The notes below the pieces were generated by a model, which was not told the origin of the DNA, did not search any database, and saw only the letters and a program-made list of their open reading frames with translations. The position numbers were made by a program, and so were the translations under genes. Shown here one piece after another: positions 1 to 14,512 of a stretch of 64,000 nt of DNA. Each line of letters starts with the position of its first letter. The first letter of the stretch is position 1. This stretch comes from Salpingoeca rosetta (Eukaryota > Protista > Choanoflagellata). The DNA is taken from assembly GCA_033442325.1 (NCBI GenBank), contig JAWQFM010000003.1, positions 2,310,385 through 2,374,384 on the forward strand, in the 5' to 3' direction.

Positions 1-71
1 CACGGCTTCACCCCCCCCCATCCGCTTGCGCACCCGCAACGAGACCAAGTCACATGTGTATTTCTGCTCAC

Positions 72-598
72 CGATGCGTTGTGCACGGCAACGCGCACAG
101 CGTTTGTGCCATCAGCCACGACCTCGATGTCGCTTGCGTTTGTCGACCGCACATCACACTGCAAAACAACGGCAGAAGGGCAGGGGGACAAGAGGAAGAG
201 CGGCTCACATCAATTCAAATGGAACAATGCGTAAACTGTGGAAGATCTGCATACAGCGAGCATCTCCAACAATAAAGCCCCGCTTCTTTCGTACTCGCGC
301 ACACACATGTGCGCACATGCGCTTACACACACACACACACACACACATACGTGCACACCTGGGAGAGGCCGCATGAAGCAGTGAGCTGTTCGTTGAGTTT
401 GCGGGCAAACTTGTTGAGGCGCCAATCCTCGTACTCGGCAATCTTCTTGGAACGGATGCAGCGGAAGGTCAGCTGGGCAGAGCCATCATACTGAGTGGAC
501 TCGCAGCCCGTGGTAATGGTTGTAGCCGAGACTGGCACGGAAACCAGGGCAACAACAGCCACAACAAGGGCCGTCAGGGCGCGAAACGTCTGGGCCAT
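72..598 (-). CDS. Secreted or membrane protein of unknown function (5' part; continues off the left edge)
   Basis: ATG at 598 starts a signal peptide (MAQTFRALTALVVAVVALVSVPVSA). Exon 598-359 ends at a GT donor in phase 0 and joins exon 158-72 (CDVRSTNASDIEVVADGTNAVRVAVHNAS), which is followed by a GTGAG donor. No family recognised. Confidence 0.65.
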
Positions 599-1645
599 CC
601 TGGTCAACGAGCGGTCAGTGTCTTGGTCAGAGAAGGGAAGGTGATGGGGGCGATGAAGCTAGGCGATGAAAATGAGTACCACTGACAGATCAAGCCCGCC
701 ACACCAAGCGGTGTGTTGTACAACACTTCAGCGCCTACAGCACGGCAACCAAGGCACCAGCAAGATTGTGGGATGAACTTGTTTTCCAACACAGTGCATT
801 GCTTTCCCAGCCAAACACCAATGCTGGCACCACCCAATCCTTGAACAAAGTGGTGCAGTGGTGTGAGGTCATCGTCATGCTTGCTGCTTCGTTGTGGCAA
901 TCTTTACACCTTTGCAGCTGAGATTTCTCGTACCTGTACGGCTTTCCAACACTCTTGACTGTTTTCCAACACAGAGAACACCCCCAAAAAATTATTCCTT
1001 CGGGAAAAGTCGATGTTGTTCGCGCGCGTGTGTTGTGTATGGTGTATGGTGCTGGAGGGGCTGTGGGTGTGGTCTCTTGGTCTCGCTCATGCCGCTCACT
1101 CACACTCTCACACACATACACACTCTCAGCTCTCAGCTATCGAACGGGTGATTTCATTCTCTGCTCGCTGTGCTCTGTTGCTCTTTCTCCCGGACTGCCC
1201 CTTAATCGCAGCATCCCTTGTTGCTTGCTCATCGTTTGCAACGCACTACGCAATGAATGTTTTAACTGGGACGTCCCGACACACGACATCGAACGATCAT
1301 GCATGCATGACAATAATGATCAGCTAGTTACATATCATTAGCAAGTCAGGCTACCGCATTCCCGTCATCACCTCTTCTTGCCCCTTCCTCGCCCTTTACC
1401 TCTCCCGCTCTTCCTGCTGCTGACTGCCTTGCGCATCGCCCAATACCTGCTTTGCTCTGCACAAGCGCCACGTGCGGGCACAGGTGTGGGTGCGTGTAAT
1501 GTAGCATCATGAGCGCAGAGTGACACCAACAGCGTGTAACCACAGGCAAATTGCACTTGCTCTCACCCTTATATCCACCAACGCTCACAGAGACACGGAC
1601 GCAAACGCAAACGCAAACGCAGATGATGATCGCGACATGCCATGT

Positions 1646-1997
1646 TCATCTCTTCACGTGCCTACCTTTTCGATTACTGCTGCTGCCTCTGTATGTCATC
1701 CGGCGCCCTCGGCCCCTCCCTCTTCCTCTTCCCCGCGCCCGCGCTGCCGCACGGCGTGTTGCTGTGGCCGCCGCCGTCACACTGTGCTTTGGCTTCTTGT
1801 GGAACAGGTTGTCGTAGTCGAGCCCATCACTGCCTTCGTCAACACCGACTGCGCATGCCCACAATCACATGGACAAGAAGGTGAGACAATCGTGTTCTAA
1901 CACCACACCTGAACGACCGCCATGACAACAAAAAAAAAAAACACAATACGCACGCAACAGACCACACTGGGCCACTTCAACGAGAAGGAGCGGCCAG

Positions 1998-2041
<44 letters not shown>

Positions 2042-3560
2042 GCACACACACGCACACACATACATTCATGCACACGCACACACATACATACATTCATGCA
2101 CACGCACACGCACGCACATCCGCGCTCGCACCGTTGTAGCGAAGAGGACTAAGAGGAAGGCCATCACTGTCATACTCCACCTCGCCTTGTTCACCATCAC
2201 CACAACCAACAGCTGTGTACTCATCATCGCTGTTGTCAAAGTCACCGAGCACATCTGGGGGTGCCGCCAAGTTCAACCGACTCCCAACATTGAACGACGC
2301 CCGCATATCCTCGTCTCCGAGGGCAGTGCGCGTGGTGGCATTGGTCCTGCCCTTGGGCCGGGCAGAGTTGCGCAGGCGACTGCGCCGCTGCCCGATTGCA
2401 TCAAACAGGAGCCCGCTTGCGTCATCTCCATCATCATTGTCATCACTGCTGTCGCTGATGATGCCGCCCAAGCGCGATGACGAGGCTGTGGACGACCCAG
2501 CACGACCACGACCACCGCCACGCTTGCCACGACCACCGCCGCCAACTTTGCCATCGCTTTTGTCATCAGCAAACAGATTGAGCGAGTCACCCAGCGTTCC
2601 TTCCTCCTGCAACGCCAGTGCTGCGGGCGTGCGTGACAGTGGTGTTGTCGGCTTTACAATGTCCTCTACAAGTCTCTGTCCTCGCGATTTCGGCCTTGCA
2701 TTCGGATCGGGGCGTGTACGCACCCCTGCACCCGATGTGTGTGCGTGGGAGGAGAAGGGGGGGGGAGATGAATGCCGATGAGTGAAACGGGGTGGGAGAT
2801 GGGAAAGTGTGAGGGAAAAGTGAGGCACAGCGCGCGTGCGTGTGTGTGTGCACGAGCGTTTGTTGTTACGTGTGTGTGTGTGTTTACGTGAGTGTATGCG
2901 CGGAAGTTCTCAAACCGTGATTGCCAACAAAGAATCAACACAGGCAACGAATGAAGCAAATGAGTTATGACCAAACCAAACAACCGCAACCATTGTGTAC
3001 GCCAAAACTGACACACCTGGACCAGCCAATAGTTGCTCTGTGATGGACTTGTGCTTCTTCATTGCGACAACACGGCTGCTGCCGTCACCGTAGTCGTCAC
3101 CGCTACTGTCCCTGCTTGTGTGACGCCGCTTCGCGCGCAGATCGCCACCCGACACCACATTGTCCGTATCGCCCGTATTGTAGTCACCATCGCCACCACT
3201 ATCTCCACTACTATCTCCACCGTCATTGTTGTCTTCCTCACTGCTCTTGTGCTGTTGTTGCTGCTGCAGTTGTTGCTGCGCTTGTGTCCGTGTCCTGCTC
3301 TTCCGGTGAAGTCGTTTTCTGCGAGCCAGGGAGAGGAAGAGAGAGGAGTGTGTTAACGTGAATGGTAGGCCGCGGGTCGCGTGTGCGAGCAAGGACTAAT
3401 TGCATGAAAGTGGGAACAAGACCTTATCTGGGCGGCACGCAAGTCCAAAACACACACACACACACATTCAGGACATCCACGACATCCACGACACACAAAC
3501 ACACACCACCACCACCACCACCACCACCACCACCACCACCACACACACACACACATACAC

Positions 3561-3648
<88 letters not shown>

Positions 3649-4184
3649 GTCGCACGATGCTTGACACTGGCGTCGACACGAAATCGTCCTCATCCACCAG
3701 CACCACATCAAGTGCTGGCGGGCGGCTTTGCCTGCTCTTCTTCTTGGACGGCTTCTGCTGTTGCCTGCTGTCATGAAGAGCATACACACCACCAACATGG
3801 GCTGCCGCTGCTGATGATAATGGCTCGGCATCATTAGGCGTTGCTGCTGTTGATGTTGTTGTTGGGCGCAGTTGCGACGGCGCCGTTGCCTGCGTCCATT
3901 GCGTCTCGATTGTGTCCACAACACCCACCGGCCGCCCACCCGTTCCTGGCGATGTTCCCCTTGCTGTCGCTGCTGCTGCTGTCGTTGTTGCTGGAGGGCG
4001 TGGATGGGACGTCGTGGTAAATGGAGTCTTGGGCACAACAAGCAGGATTCAGCAACACGATGCACACGAAGTGGTGTCGTGTGTAAGTGCACGAGGAACA
4101 ATGCGTTTGAATGGAATTGTGTTGTTCACACTTGTCAGGTACGATCACTGCTCCAGGAAGGTTCTCACCCAGACCTAGACCCCC

Positions 4185-4262
<78 letters not shown>

Positions 4263-4969
4263 GCATCTTACCACATCTTCAATGTCCGGTGGCGTGTTGC
4301 GCTTGTCATCCTCGTCGTCATCCAGCAGCGTCCCAAGATGCAGCGATCGACCCGTCAGTGCATCATCATCATCATCACCATCCTCATCATCAACACCACC
4401 ACCACCACCACAATGACCCCCATCATCACTATCACGGCTGGCACCACCACCAGCAGCAAGTTGGTGTGCAGTATCGCCCCACTGTCGCGCGTTTGACAGG
4501 GGTGATAACCACTCGCTTGGTTGTTCCTGTTGGTCGCTGCCGCTATCATCACCGCCACCAAGATCCTCAGATGCACTGTCTGCATCCAACCCAGCGCTGT
4601 TGCGGCACTGCAGCTGATGGTGCTGGTCACGATGTGGTTGGTGATGTTGGTGGTGTCGGTTTTGGTGTCGTGGTTGTTGGTGTTCACGAGTGACAGCGTT
4701 GCCCGCGTCCAGGTCAGCTGGCGCAGCGGGGCTGTGATGTGGCGACTGCTTGATTGGTGGCGCTTCAACTGCCGCAGGATGGCGCTGCACTTGCTGCGAG
4801 GACGAGCCTGCACGACCATGACACGGAGGAAGGGAGATAGGGAGGGGAGGAGACGATGTTAGCGCCGAGAAAGTGAGCCTGCGCACAGTAAAAGTAAACA
4901 AACAAATGAACAAGACATAAAGTGACACACACACCCACACTCACACTCACACCCACACACACACACACG

Positions 4970-5004
<35 letters not shown>

Positions 5005-7464
5005 TCAGTCAGCGCGCATATTTGTTGTTCAAGCGCAAAACACCTGGTCTCCGTTGGCGGCGTCTTGGTCGGCGCGGGGTGAATTCGGGCGAGGGCGAAC
5101 GGCGATCGACAGCCGGACTCAACTCACGCCCGTTCCCAGGTGCATGTGCTGCGGCCACACTGCCACTGCCACCAGCACTACCACGGCCACCTCCACTTCC
5201 ACCTGACTCAACCCCATCCCTATCTTCACCGTGGTCGTTGTCATCGTCATCATCTTGCCACAGCATCAGGGTTGCTGGCCTGGCGAGTTGGGTTTCAGCG
5301 TCATGCTGCGTCGCGTCACGAACGTGCGCGCGCGTGCTGCTGTGTTCACCTGTGGGCATGTGTCCACTTGAAGCAGCGATGTCCATGTGCATGTCCCCGC
5401 CACCGCGTTTGGCATCGCCATCATCATCATCATCACCACCACCACCATCACGACCATTCCCAACATCATCACCACAACCGTCCTCGGCCTCATCAAAGCA
5501 AGCGAGCAGATTCATGCTGCTGACAAACGGGCGCTGTTGTTGCGAATGTGCTTGCCCTTCCTGCGCTTGAGACGCGCCGGCTGCTGTTGTCACTCCCGCT
5601 ATTCTTGTTGGTACTGGTGCTGGTGGTGCTGCTGTAGTAGTCGTCACTGGCCTGCCTGCTGTTGATGTGGTTGTCACGCCTCCACCACCACCACCACCAC
5701 CACCACCGGTGTGACGTGTCGGGTTTGGGGCTGGACCACACGTCTCAGCGGCACTCGAATCATCGCTCGAATCAGACAAGACATGTCGCAACCTGGTGCC
5801 GCTGTCATCGTCACCACCATCACGACAATGACGACGACGACCATCACCACCACCACCACCACTGCCGCTGTCACTATTGCTGTCGTTGGAAGCAGCAGAA
5901 GAAGCAGAAGAGGAGGAGGAAGAAGACACCAGTGTACCGCTTCGCCGTCTCCGTGCTGCCTTTGCTCCTCGTGCTCGCTTTGTTCTTCTTCGTGCATGTG
6001 CGAGGGCTGCAGTTGGTGGTGGTGGCGGTGGCGGTGGTTCACGCAACACGGCCTGCCCACCGTCATCACTGGTGCCTTCGTCATCATCGTCGTCACTGGC
6101 ATACTCAACAACGTCACCACCACGACTCGGTCTGTTGCGGACACCGCCACCAACCACATCACCAGCCGCATCCCCGCCACCACGACCACGACCACGACGA
6201 CGACGACGACCACGACCACCACTGTCATCATCATCATCACCATCACCATCATCACCACCAGAAGTGTCATCACCACCACGGTCAGTATCAGTACCGCCAC
6301 TTTGGCTCCTGTTGGTGTCTGCTGCAGCAAGCGCTGTACTGCACAGCACCTCGGCTTCAAACAGCGCCGCCCGCTCTTCAAGCGACGCAATCCCACGTGC
6401 GCGCAGGAAGAAGCGGCGATGTGCACACATGCGCGAGTGCACTTGCTGATGAAGCACGCCCAACAGTGAACCGGTTCTGACACTGCTATCGCTGATGTTA
6501 CTGCTGCTGCTGTTGTCACTGGTGCCGTTGTTATTGGCGCTGTTGTTATTGGTGCTGCTGCTGCCAGTGTTGGTGCTGGCGGTACCGTACCTTCTCTGTA
6601 GCCGCTGGCTTGCTGTGCAAGCATCAAAGCCGCGTTCGTCATCGTCGCTGTTGGTGGATTGGGGCGTTGACATGAACGTTGACGTGTGCAGGAGGTCACG
6701 GCTGTGCAGGATCACGCCTGCACCCCCACGCCCTGCAAGCATGGAGAGGCCTGCCTGCTGGAACGCAGCACGGCACCCGGCATGTGTGGCACGAAGAGGT
6801 GCGCGTGTGGCTCCAGTCTCCACCGCCTTATCCCGACACACGTGCGCACGCATCGTGTTCTGGTTCCTTGCGCTGCTTCGTTTTCGCTGCTGCCGCCGTG
6901 CACCCCTGCCACCGTCAGCACTGCCTCCGCCATCGTGACCGCTATTCATCTGAATACCGGCCACATCACTGTCCTCGCCTTGAATCATCTCGGTTACGTC
7001 ATTGTCATCATCATGGTGATGGAGGTCAGTACCATCACCGCCACCGTCGCTGCTGTAATTGCCGTTTCCTTCCGTAATATGTGCGCGTGCTGCTGTTCTC
7101 CGCTTCCCAACACCGCCACCATGGCCAACACCACCGTTACGACCGCGTACGCCAAGACCATCATCGCTGCTGTCTTCGTCCTGCCCAGCAATCATCGCTG
7201 TGGCTTCCCCCGTGTCTGTACCTACCCGCCCTTGTGCTGCTCGTCCAGAACCGGGCAATCGCGCGCTCGTGTTTGCCTGCATGCCTGCAGGCACATCTGG
7301 CAGCTGTATGTGCACGGGCAGTGGGCGGCGACGGCGAGGGGTCTTGCGCGAACGATGTGGCGATCGAGAGGCCAGCAATGGTGGTGGTGGTGGTGGTGGT
7401 GGTGGTGCTAATGGTGGCCGATTCCTGTTGTGTGTGCGTATATGTGTGTGCGTGTGTGCGTGTG

Positions 7465-7537
<73 letters not shown>

Positions 7538-8295
7538 TGTTTGGTGGCAGACGGTAACAGAAAGTGAGCGTGTTGAGAGTTGAAAAGAGGCGTGGAACAC
7601 AAGCCAGAACACGTGGTGATGTCACACAGTCAGTGCAGGTGGGCGATCCAAACACAGGCCAGCGTATCCACAGTACGTGCCAGCTCTCAACTCACGCGAA
7701 AAAGCTGTGCAACTTCATCTGCTTTGGTGTACGGCCTACAGCACAGGAACAGACAGAGCAAGCCATGGTTAAGAGCGCAAAATCACATGTTGAGAGAGCC
7801 AAGGCGCATTCTATTTGTGTTCAGACACGCGCACGCTTCAATGTTTAGCCCGCACAGGCAAGAGAGTACAACACAACCACGAGCAGAGAGATGAGCGCGT
7901 GCGGGCCACACACCTTGAGCGCTGTGCTTGGACTTGGATGATGACGATGCGGCTGAAGGGTTTGCATCTGCGGTTGGCAGCCACGTGTCGTCGTCATCGT
8001 CGCCATCACCACCAGCGTCGTCGCTGGAATCGTGGTCATCGTCGCCGTTACCAAAGCTGCCGGGTTCTTCATCACTGGAGGAGATGATCTCATCGTGGAC
8101 GGGCGGGCTGGTTGACTGGGCTCTCCTGGCCCTCGTCGTCGCCGCTCTTGGACTGGTGCTGGCAGCTTGGCGACTATGCTGACCGGCAGTTGAGCCAGTG
8201 TCAGTGCCGTGCTGCTGTCTCAGAACTGCCGACGACGACGAAGACGACGACGACTTTCCATGCGCCACCACGGCACGGTACACCCCGTTCCTCAT
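1646..8295 (-). CDS. Large (~1600 aa) low-complexity/disordered protein with N-terminal PIP-box-like motif and C-terminal RG repeats
   Basis: Eight phase-consistent exons: ~8295-7914, 7735-7696 ([13 protein letters not shown]), ~7425-5044, ~4807-4272, ~4027-3648, ~3318-3017, ~2726-2132, ~1848-1646. Acidic D/G/S tracts, basic NLS-like clusters, RGRGRGRG near the stop. No folded domain recognised. Confidence 0.7.
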
Positions 8296-9104
8296 CGCGC
8301 ATCACAGAACGGATAGCATGCACCACCGCCGTGATCACAAAGGGTTGAAACACGGCACGTGCGTGCCTTGTCGCCAGCCTTGTGCACGAATGGCGAGGGA
8401 AGTGCCGCAAGAGAGCAGAGAACAGAGAGGGGGGTTCAGAGAGAAGAGAGAGAGAGAGAAGGAAGAGACAACGTGTGCGTGTGCAGCAGCAGCAGCAGCA
8501 GCAGCGTTGGCGCTGTGGTCGTGCGTTCGTGCAGCAACACACACAAGTTCGCGCGGTTTCAGGACAGCCGGCAAAGTTGTGAGGATTTGTGGGAAACTTC
8601 ATGCAATATTCTGCACCCAAGCGGCACAAACAACAACAACAACAACAACACGAGCCAGACGTGTTGCTTGGCTTTGGCTTTACTGCTGTTGGCTTTGCTT
8701 CTGTTGGCTTGTTGGGTGCCACATCACACAACATCACACCACACCACACACGCACACACACATACACATACACCTACACACAAACGAACGAACCTTTCTT
8801 CACTGTCTTGCTTGTATTTACCGTCTTGCTGGCGAAGAAAGGGAAGAAGTCACCTTACTCAAACCAAGCAAGGCACCACCAAGCAGACGAAACCCTGTTG
8901 ATCCGTTCAAGCAGTTGTTGGAGTGAGCGCCTTCCTTGCTGGTTGTGTTGCTTCTGTGAGCATTTTCAAGTGCAGCATTACTGATTTGATCCATCTACCA
9001 TCAACCAACGGCAGTGACACAGTCACCACCACCGCCACCGGCAATTTGCATCGGAGAAGAGCCCACTTTCAGATCTGGAGCGAGCAGCCAAGCTGTCCTC
9101 CACC

Positions 9105-9333
9105 ATGGGATGCTGTTCAAGTGCACATGTTGATGCCAACACGCTCGTGACATCGCGGCCAACGAGCACTCAAGGTACGGGTGGTGCACGGTGCTCTTCT
9201 GAAGTGGTTGAGTGGTGGGGGCGCTGCTCTTCGCGCTGGCTTGCTGCTCGTTTGGGCACATTGACATGACAACACACGCGTTCCTGCCCGTTTCTTGATT
9301 GATGCGTGACGTTAGCTTTGAGAAGTTTGCCCC

Positions 9334-9428
<95 letters not shown>

Positions 9429-9477
9429 CCATCGGATGCACCCTTGACCAGAAGTCAAGTGCTGGCGAAACGAAAAG

Positions 9478-9541
<64 letters not shown>

Positions 9542-9990
9542 ACTTGTACATCTTATTTTGTTTTTGTGTGTGTTTGCATTTGCATGTACTTTCTTGCGTG
9601 TGTGTCATGTCACATGACCATTGCTTGTGTTGAATGCCGCCTGACCTTCCCCCGACCATCACTCCTTGCAGTTCTGGCACACGGCGCCAGCATATGGCGG
9701 GCGACAGGAGGTGTGGGATGCACTCAAGGCGGCGTGCGAGACAGACGACACGGCGCTAGTGCATGCCATCATCGAAAGCGCGGGCATCAAGCTGCCAAAT
9801 GGGACACTGCAGGTGGCCTATGATGAACTGGGCAACAAGTATGATATCCCACCGTATTGCTATTCTTTCCCGTCAAACATGATTGAGGACAATGACGAAA
9901 CAAAGTTGGATGCAGCCGCTGCCGCTGCACATGGCAACGGTGCGAGCAGCAGTTCCAAGCCCGCCACGCCTGTGTCAGGTCAGTTTGCAC

Positions 9991-10060
<70 letters not shown>

Positions 10061-10968
10061 CATGTGTTTCAGCAAAGCACGCATGTGCGCACATATGTGT
10101 GTGTGTGTGTGTGCGTGTGAGGTTGCGTGCAAGCATGCACTGCCTATGCTGCTCCGTCAAGTGTGTACGGACATCACTCACTCTTTGTGGTCGTTGTTCT
10201 GCTGTGGTGACGCAGGGAATGGCACCAGTGCGGATACAGCGACAGTGAATGCCGCCGACAAAGTAGCGTCCTCCGCAGAGCGCGCAACATCAGACAGCGA
10301 ACGGAGCGATGTGCAAAAGGTGAGCGCGTGTGAGTGAGAACGAGAGTGTTTTATACGCATGTGTATGTGTGATGTTGGTATGTTATCAGTCCTTTCCTTC
10401 CATTCTTGTTGCTTTGTTTACATGTGTGTGTGTGACCATGCAAACGCAACGCCCACCAACAATCAATGCCATTGGCGTGTGCCTGAACAGGTTCGAGTGC
10501 TGCTGAGCAGCGGAACAAAAGTCACTGTGGAAGTCGCCCCTGAAGGTGCTGCACGTTGCTGTAGAAAGGCTTTTGTTTCGTGATGCATTGTGACATAATG
10601 CATGCATGCATGCGTGCATTCATGTACCTACCGCTGCTTGCTGCCACAAAGAAGCAAACAGCGTGTTGCATGAACGCATGTACATCTCCATACTCACACG
10701 AGCGCACTCATACACACGTAATGTTCATCCAAAGCTCATGCTGACCCAACACATCACGACACACACACACACACGCACGCACGCACGCACGAGAACAGAT
10801 ACGGTGGAGTGTGTGCGCCAGCAGCTGGAGGCGATCGGCAGCGCTGCTGCGAATCGGGTGCTGATTGTGTTCTTGGGCAAACCCGTGCCGGCGTCGTGGC
10901 GAATATGCGATCTCAATCTCCATCGCAGTGATGTGCTGCAGGCGTTCGTCTTCCCCGGTGACGCCTGA
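9105..10968 (+). CDS. UBTD2: Ubiquitin domain-containing protein, UBTD1/UBTD2 (DC-UbP) family
   Basis: MGCCSS N-terminus (myristoyl/palmitoyl type). FWHTAPAYGGRQEVWDALKAA...LPNGTLQVAYDELGNKYDIPPYC matches the UBTD ubiquitin-binding domain. C-terminal ubiquitin-like domain (VRVLLSSG...DTVECVRQQL...IVFLGK). Exons 9105-9174, 9316-9479, 9672-9978, 10216-10319, 10491-10545, 10799-10968. UBTD1 vs UBTD2 cannot be distinguished. Confidence 0.88.
9333..9428 (+). repeat. Perfect (CAA)32 trinucleotide tract, apparently coding polyQ in UBTD exon 2
   Basis: 96 nt of uninterrupted CAA in the LRSLP-Q32-PSDAPLTRSQ frame. Confidence 0.9.
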
Positions 10969-10972
10969 TGGT

Positions 10973-11039
<67 letters not shown>

Positions 11040-11912
11040 TACACACACACACACACGCACACGCATACACACACTTCCTTTTTTCTTCTTCATGGAGCAT
11101 TTTCCGTTCCCGCGGATTGAAAGTTTTCCCGCGTGTCCGTCGTGACATTTCTCGGGCGCGCCGTACCTGTCCAGTTGTGCCTGTCTCTGTAATCAAATAA
11201 GCCCTCCTCCTCCCGTTCCCTCTGTCGTGTCACTGGTGTTGTTCAGACAAACCCTGCTCTTGCCTTTCTCATGTTTGATTATTCATGCACATGCCCTTAT
11301 GCTTGAGGGAAGTTTGAGTAAACGTAAGCGCACTGTTGTTATTGTTGTTGGTGGTGGTGGCGGCGCCGTTTTTGTGCACTTTTCGTGTGTTTCATGAGTG
11401 CAAATGGTCAAATCACACATATTCGTGGACGCGTTTGCCTTCTGCTTAAGACTGTTTAAACTGAGGGTTGTCCGTCTTATGATGCCAGGGACAAGAACAA
11501 GTACAACAACAGCGATAACCAGGAACAAATGCAACTTGAACACACATGGGGGCAATACTGCTTGCCTGTCTGTACAAGCGAATTGGAACAAGAAGAAGAG
11601 GGGCGAAAACGATAGCGAAACGAACTAACTAGGCAAAATGCAGTTGAAAGCGGAGGTGGTAAACAGCACAACAACACAGCACAATGCAACGCAATACGAG
11701 CCTTCTCTTGCTTCTCTGCTTGTTTGAAGGTGCGTTGGAAGCAAAACACACGCACAAAGATGCAGACACCGACACCGACACCGACACCGACAGACACACA
11801 CATACACACCTCCACACACACACACACACACACACATACACACCTCCACACACACACCTCCACACACACACCTCCACACACACAAATACACACTCACACA
11901 CAGAGCAGGTGG

Positions 11913-13497
11913 TCACTTGTGCTGGCTGTCAGCGCCAAACTGGAACGAGCGCCGACGAAAATGCGGCGTCGATGTTGGCGACGACGGAGGGCGCGGCGAT
12001 GACGACGAAGGCGACACGGAGTTGGCCGTTGCCGTTGGACTGACGCTGGCGGTGGCGCGGCTGGTGAGGCTGCGACTCGTTGCCGGCGAAGCAGACGGGG
12101 ATGCGGGTGTGAGGAGGTTGACCGACGCAAAGCTGGCGCCCTTCTTCAAGGCCGTCGATGCAGGCGTGCGGGTCAAGTTGGGGCTGTAGTGCGCAGCGTT
12201 GGATGAAAGGTTGCCGCTTCGCCCACGACGAGCGTCGTCGCAATCCCTCATGACACGGGTGTGCTGCTGCTGGTCCCGCTGCTGCTGGTCCTGGAAGTGG
12301 TGGTGGTGCCCTTCCTCCTGCATACCATGCGTTTCCTGTTCTTGATTTCCCCAAAGTCGCGCACTGGTATCAGAGACCTCAGCGCTCAACGCCCCATGCT
12401 TCGACTCGTCTGGCTTATCGCTGTCGCCATCTTCCTCTGCATTCTCCTTTGCATCTTCAGTTGAGGAATCCTCAAATGAGTCCACGCGCACGTGTGGCCC
12501 ATTGCTTGCAAGCACGCCGCCCCCGCGCTTGTGCGGTGGTCCCATTGGCCGACTGCTCAGCATGCGCTCGCTCGTCTCTGAGCGGAGATTGACATGTGAT
12601 GCGTCACCACTGCTGTCGACAGCGCGACCCTGCGCATCATCACCACAGGCACCATCGCGCCCGTCTCTCAAGCCATCGTGTCCAGCACCACCACTGCTAT
12701 TGCCACCATCACCATCACCGCCACCATTCTCATCGCCATCATTGTCGCTGCTGTCATTGTCGCTGCTGCTGTGCGTGGGGACGAGACCAAACTGCGCGCG
12801 GCGGCGCGGGTGTGGGCAGTCCATACCAACTTCCTCTCCATACATGTCGGACACAGCATCGTCACGGTCACTACCACTGCTCCCATCATCACGAGGATAA
12901 CTGCCATCAACAGCACCGTCCTCGTCGCCATCGTCATTGTCACTGTCGCCAACGTTGTCGCGCCGCGTCGTGCTGTGGGCGGCGTGATCCCTGTCATCAT
13001 CGCCATCAGCCAGGCCCTGCCCGTCACCCCACGCGTGTGCACTCATTCTGTCGGGAGCAGAGAGGTTGTACGTGCGCGAGAGGGAGACTCTTGCTTGCCG
13101 TGCCGTCTGCCGCATCTTGTTTGCACGTGCAACGAACGTGGGAGACACGCCACGGTCAACCAACGCCTGGCCCTCCGCTGCTTCAAACCGGGTGCCATTG
13201 CCAACGCTGTCGTGGCCATCATCTTCATCATCACCATCACCAAAAAAGTCATCATCCACGTCACTGTCGTCAGGGTGGAAGTCGGCACTGTTGAACGTAA
13301 ACGCGAGGTCAGGTCCAATCTCATCATCACCATCATCATCATCATCATCATCATTGTCAGCATCATCTGGGTGTGTGTGCGTGAATTTGTCTTCGCCCGC
13401 CGCCTGTGCCAGCAGTCGCTCCTGTGCAATTTGCATCTGCGACGGACTCATGGACATGTCACGCATGTGTTCTGACAGAAACATTATTCGTGTGTGC

Positions 13498-13534
<37 letters not shown>

Positions 13535-14435
13535 CGTGTGTGTGTGTGGGGGGGGGGGAGTTGATGTGAGGAAAAGCAGGGTGTCTCAAAGCCGGTGGCA
13601 GAACGGAATTTCCCACATGTACAGAGCAGCACGCGCACCTACATCGATGTACCTCACAAATACACGCCAAACACACACACACACACACGCACACACACAC
13701 GCATACACACGCACACACACGCATACACACACAAGTTCGCATACGCCTCACCTTCCACCCATTCAGGGAGTTTGTGGTCGTTTGTGCCAATGGGTCCGAG
13801 GACGAGGCGCGAGTCAATCTCCATTGCATCTGGCACCTGGCTACTGCGACGCCGCGAGCGGGACGGCACACCCGGCAGCTTGTTATACTTGGAGAACTGC
13901 TCCGAGGTCGCAATGTTGAGCGTTTCATTGTCTGTATGCGTGTGTTTGTGTGTGCATGTTCAAGTGTGTGTTACGTGACATGATGTGACATGCATGAGTG
14001 TTTGGGCTTGCACTCACTAAAACGAGTACAACTGAGGGCACACACACAAACACACACGCACGCACACACGCACGATCAGCTGTGCGGGGCATGTGGCATT
14101 GCAGTCGCTTTCGACAACACACCATCCACATCGTCGCCCGTGTCCACGTAGAGAACTGCGTCGGAGAGCGGGCGCAGGGACGAGCGCCGGCGGCGTGACG
14201 GTGCCGGTGGTGGCGGCGCAGCAGGGCCGGGCTCCTGCAGCAGTTTCGACAGGCCGTCAATGGATTTGGAGAGCTCCAACAACGACCTACACAGAGACGA
14301 GCAAGGGTGCGCGTGAGTTGGAAGGGGGGAAGGAGTGTATGAGAGGAGACAAAGAGTCGGTTGCACAGCACATGGATGACGTGACGATGGACAAGATTAT
14401 CCAGCACGAAACGGGGAGTGGATTCTTGAGGTTCC

Positions 14436-14512
<77 letters not shown>

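Noticed and set aside
209-246. Possible 38-nt extra exon in the first gene
   Set aside because: It would shift the frame; direct splicing 359 to 158 is in phase.
8545-8560. E2F-like TTCGCGC upstream of the PIP-box gene
   Set aside because: Short GC-rich motif expected by chance at this base composition.
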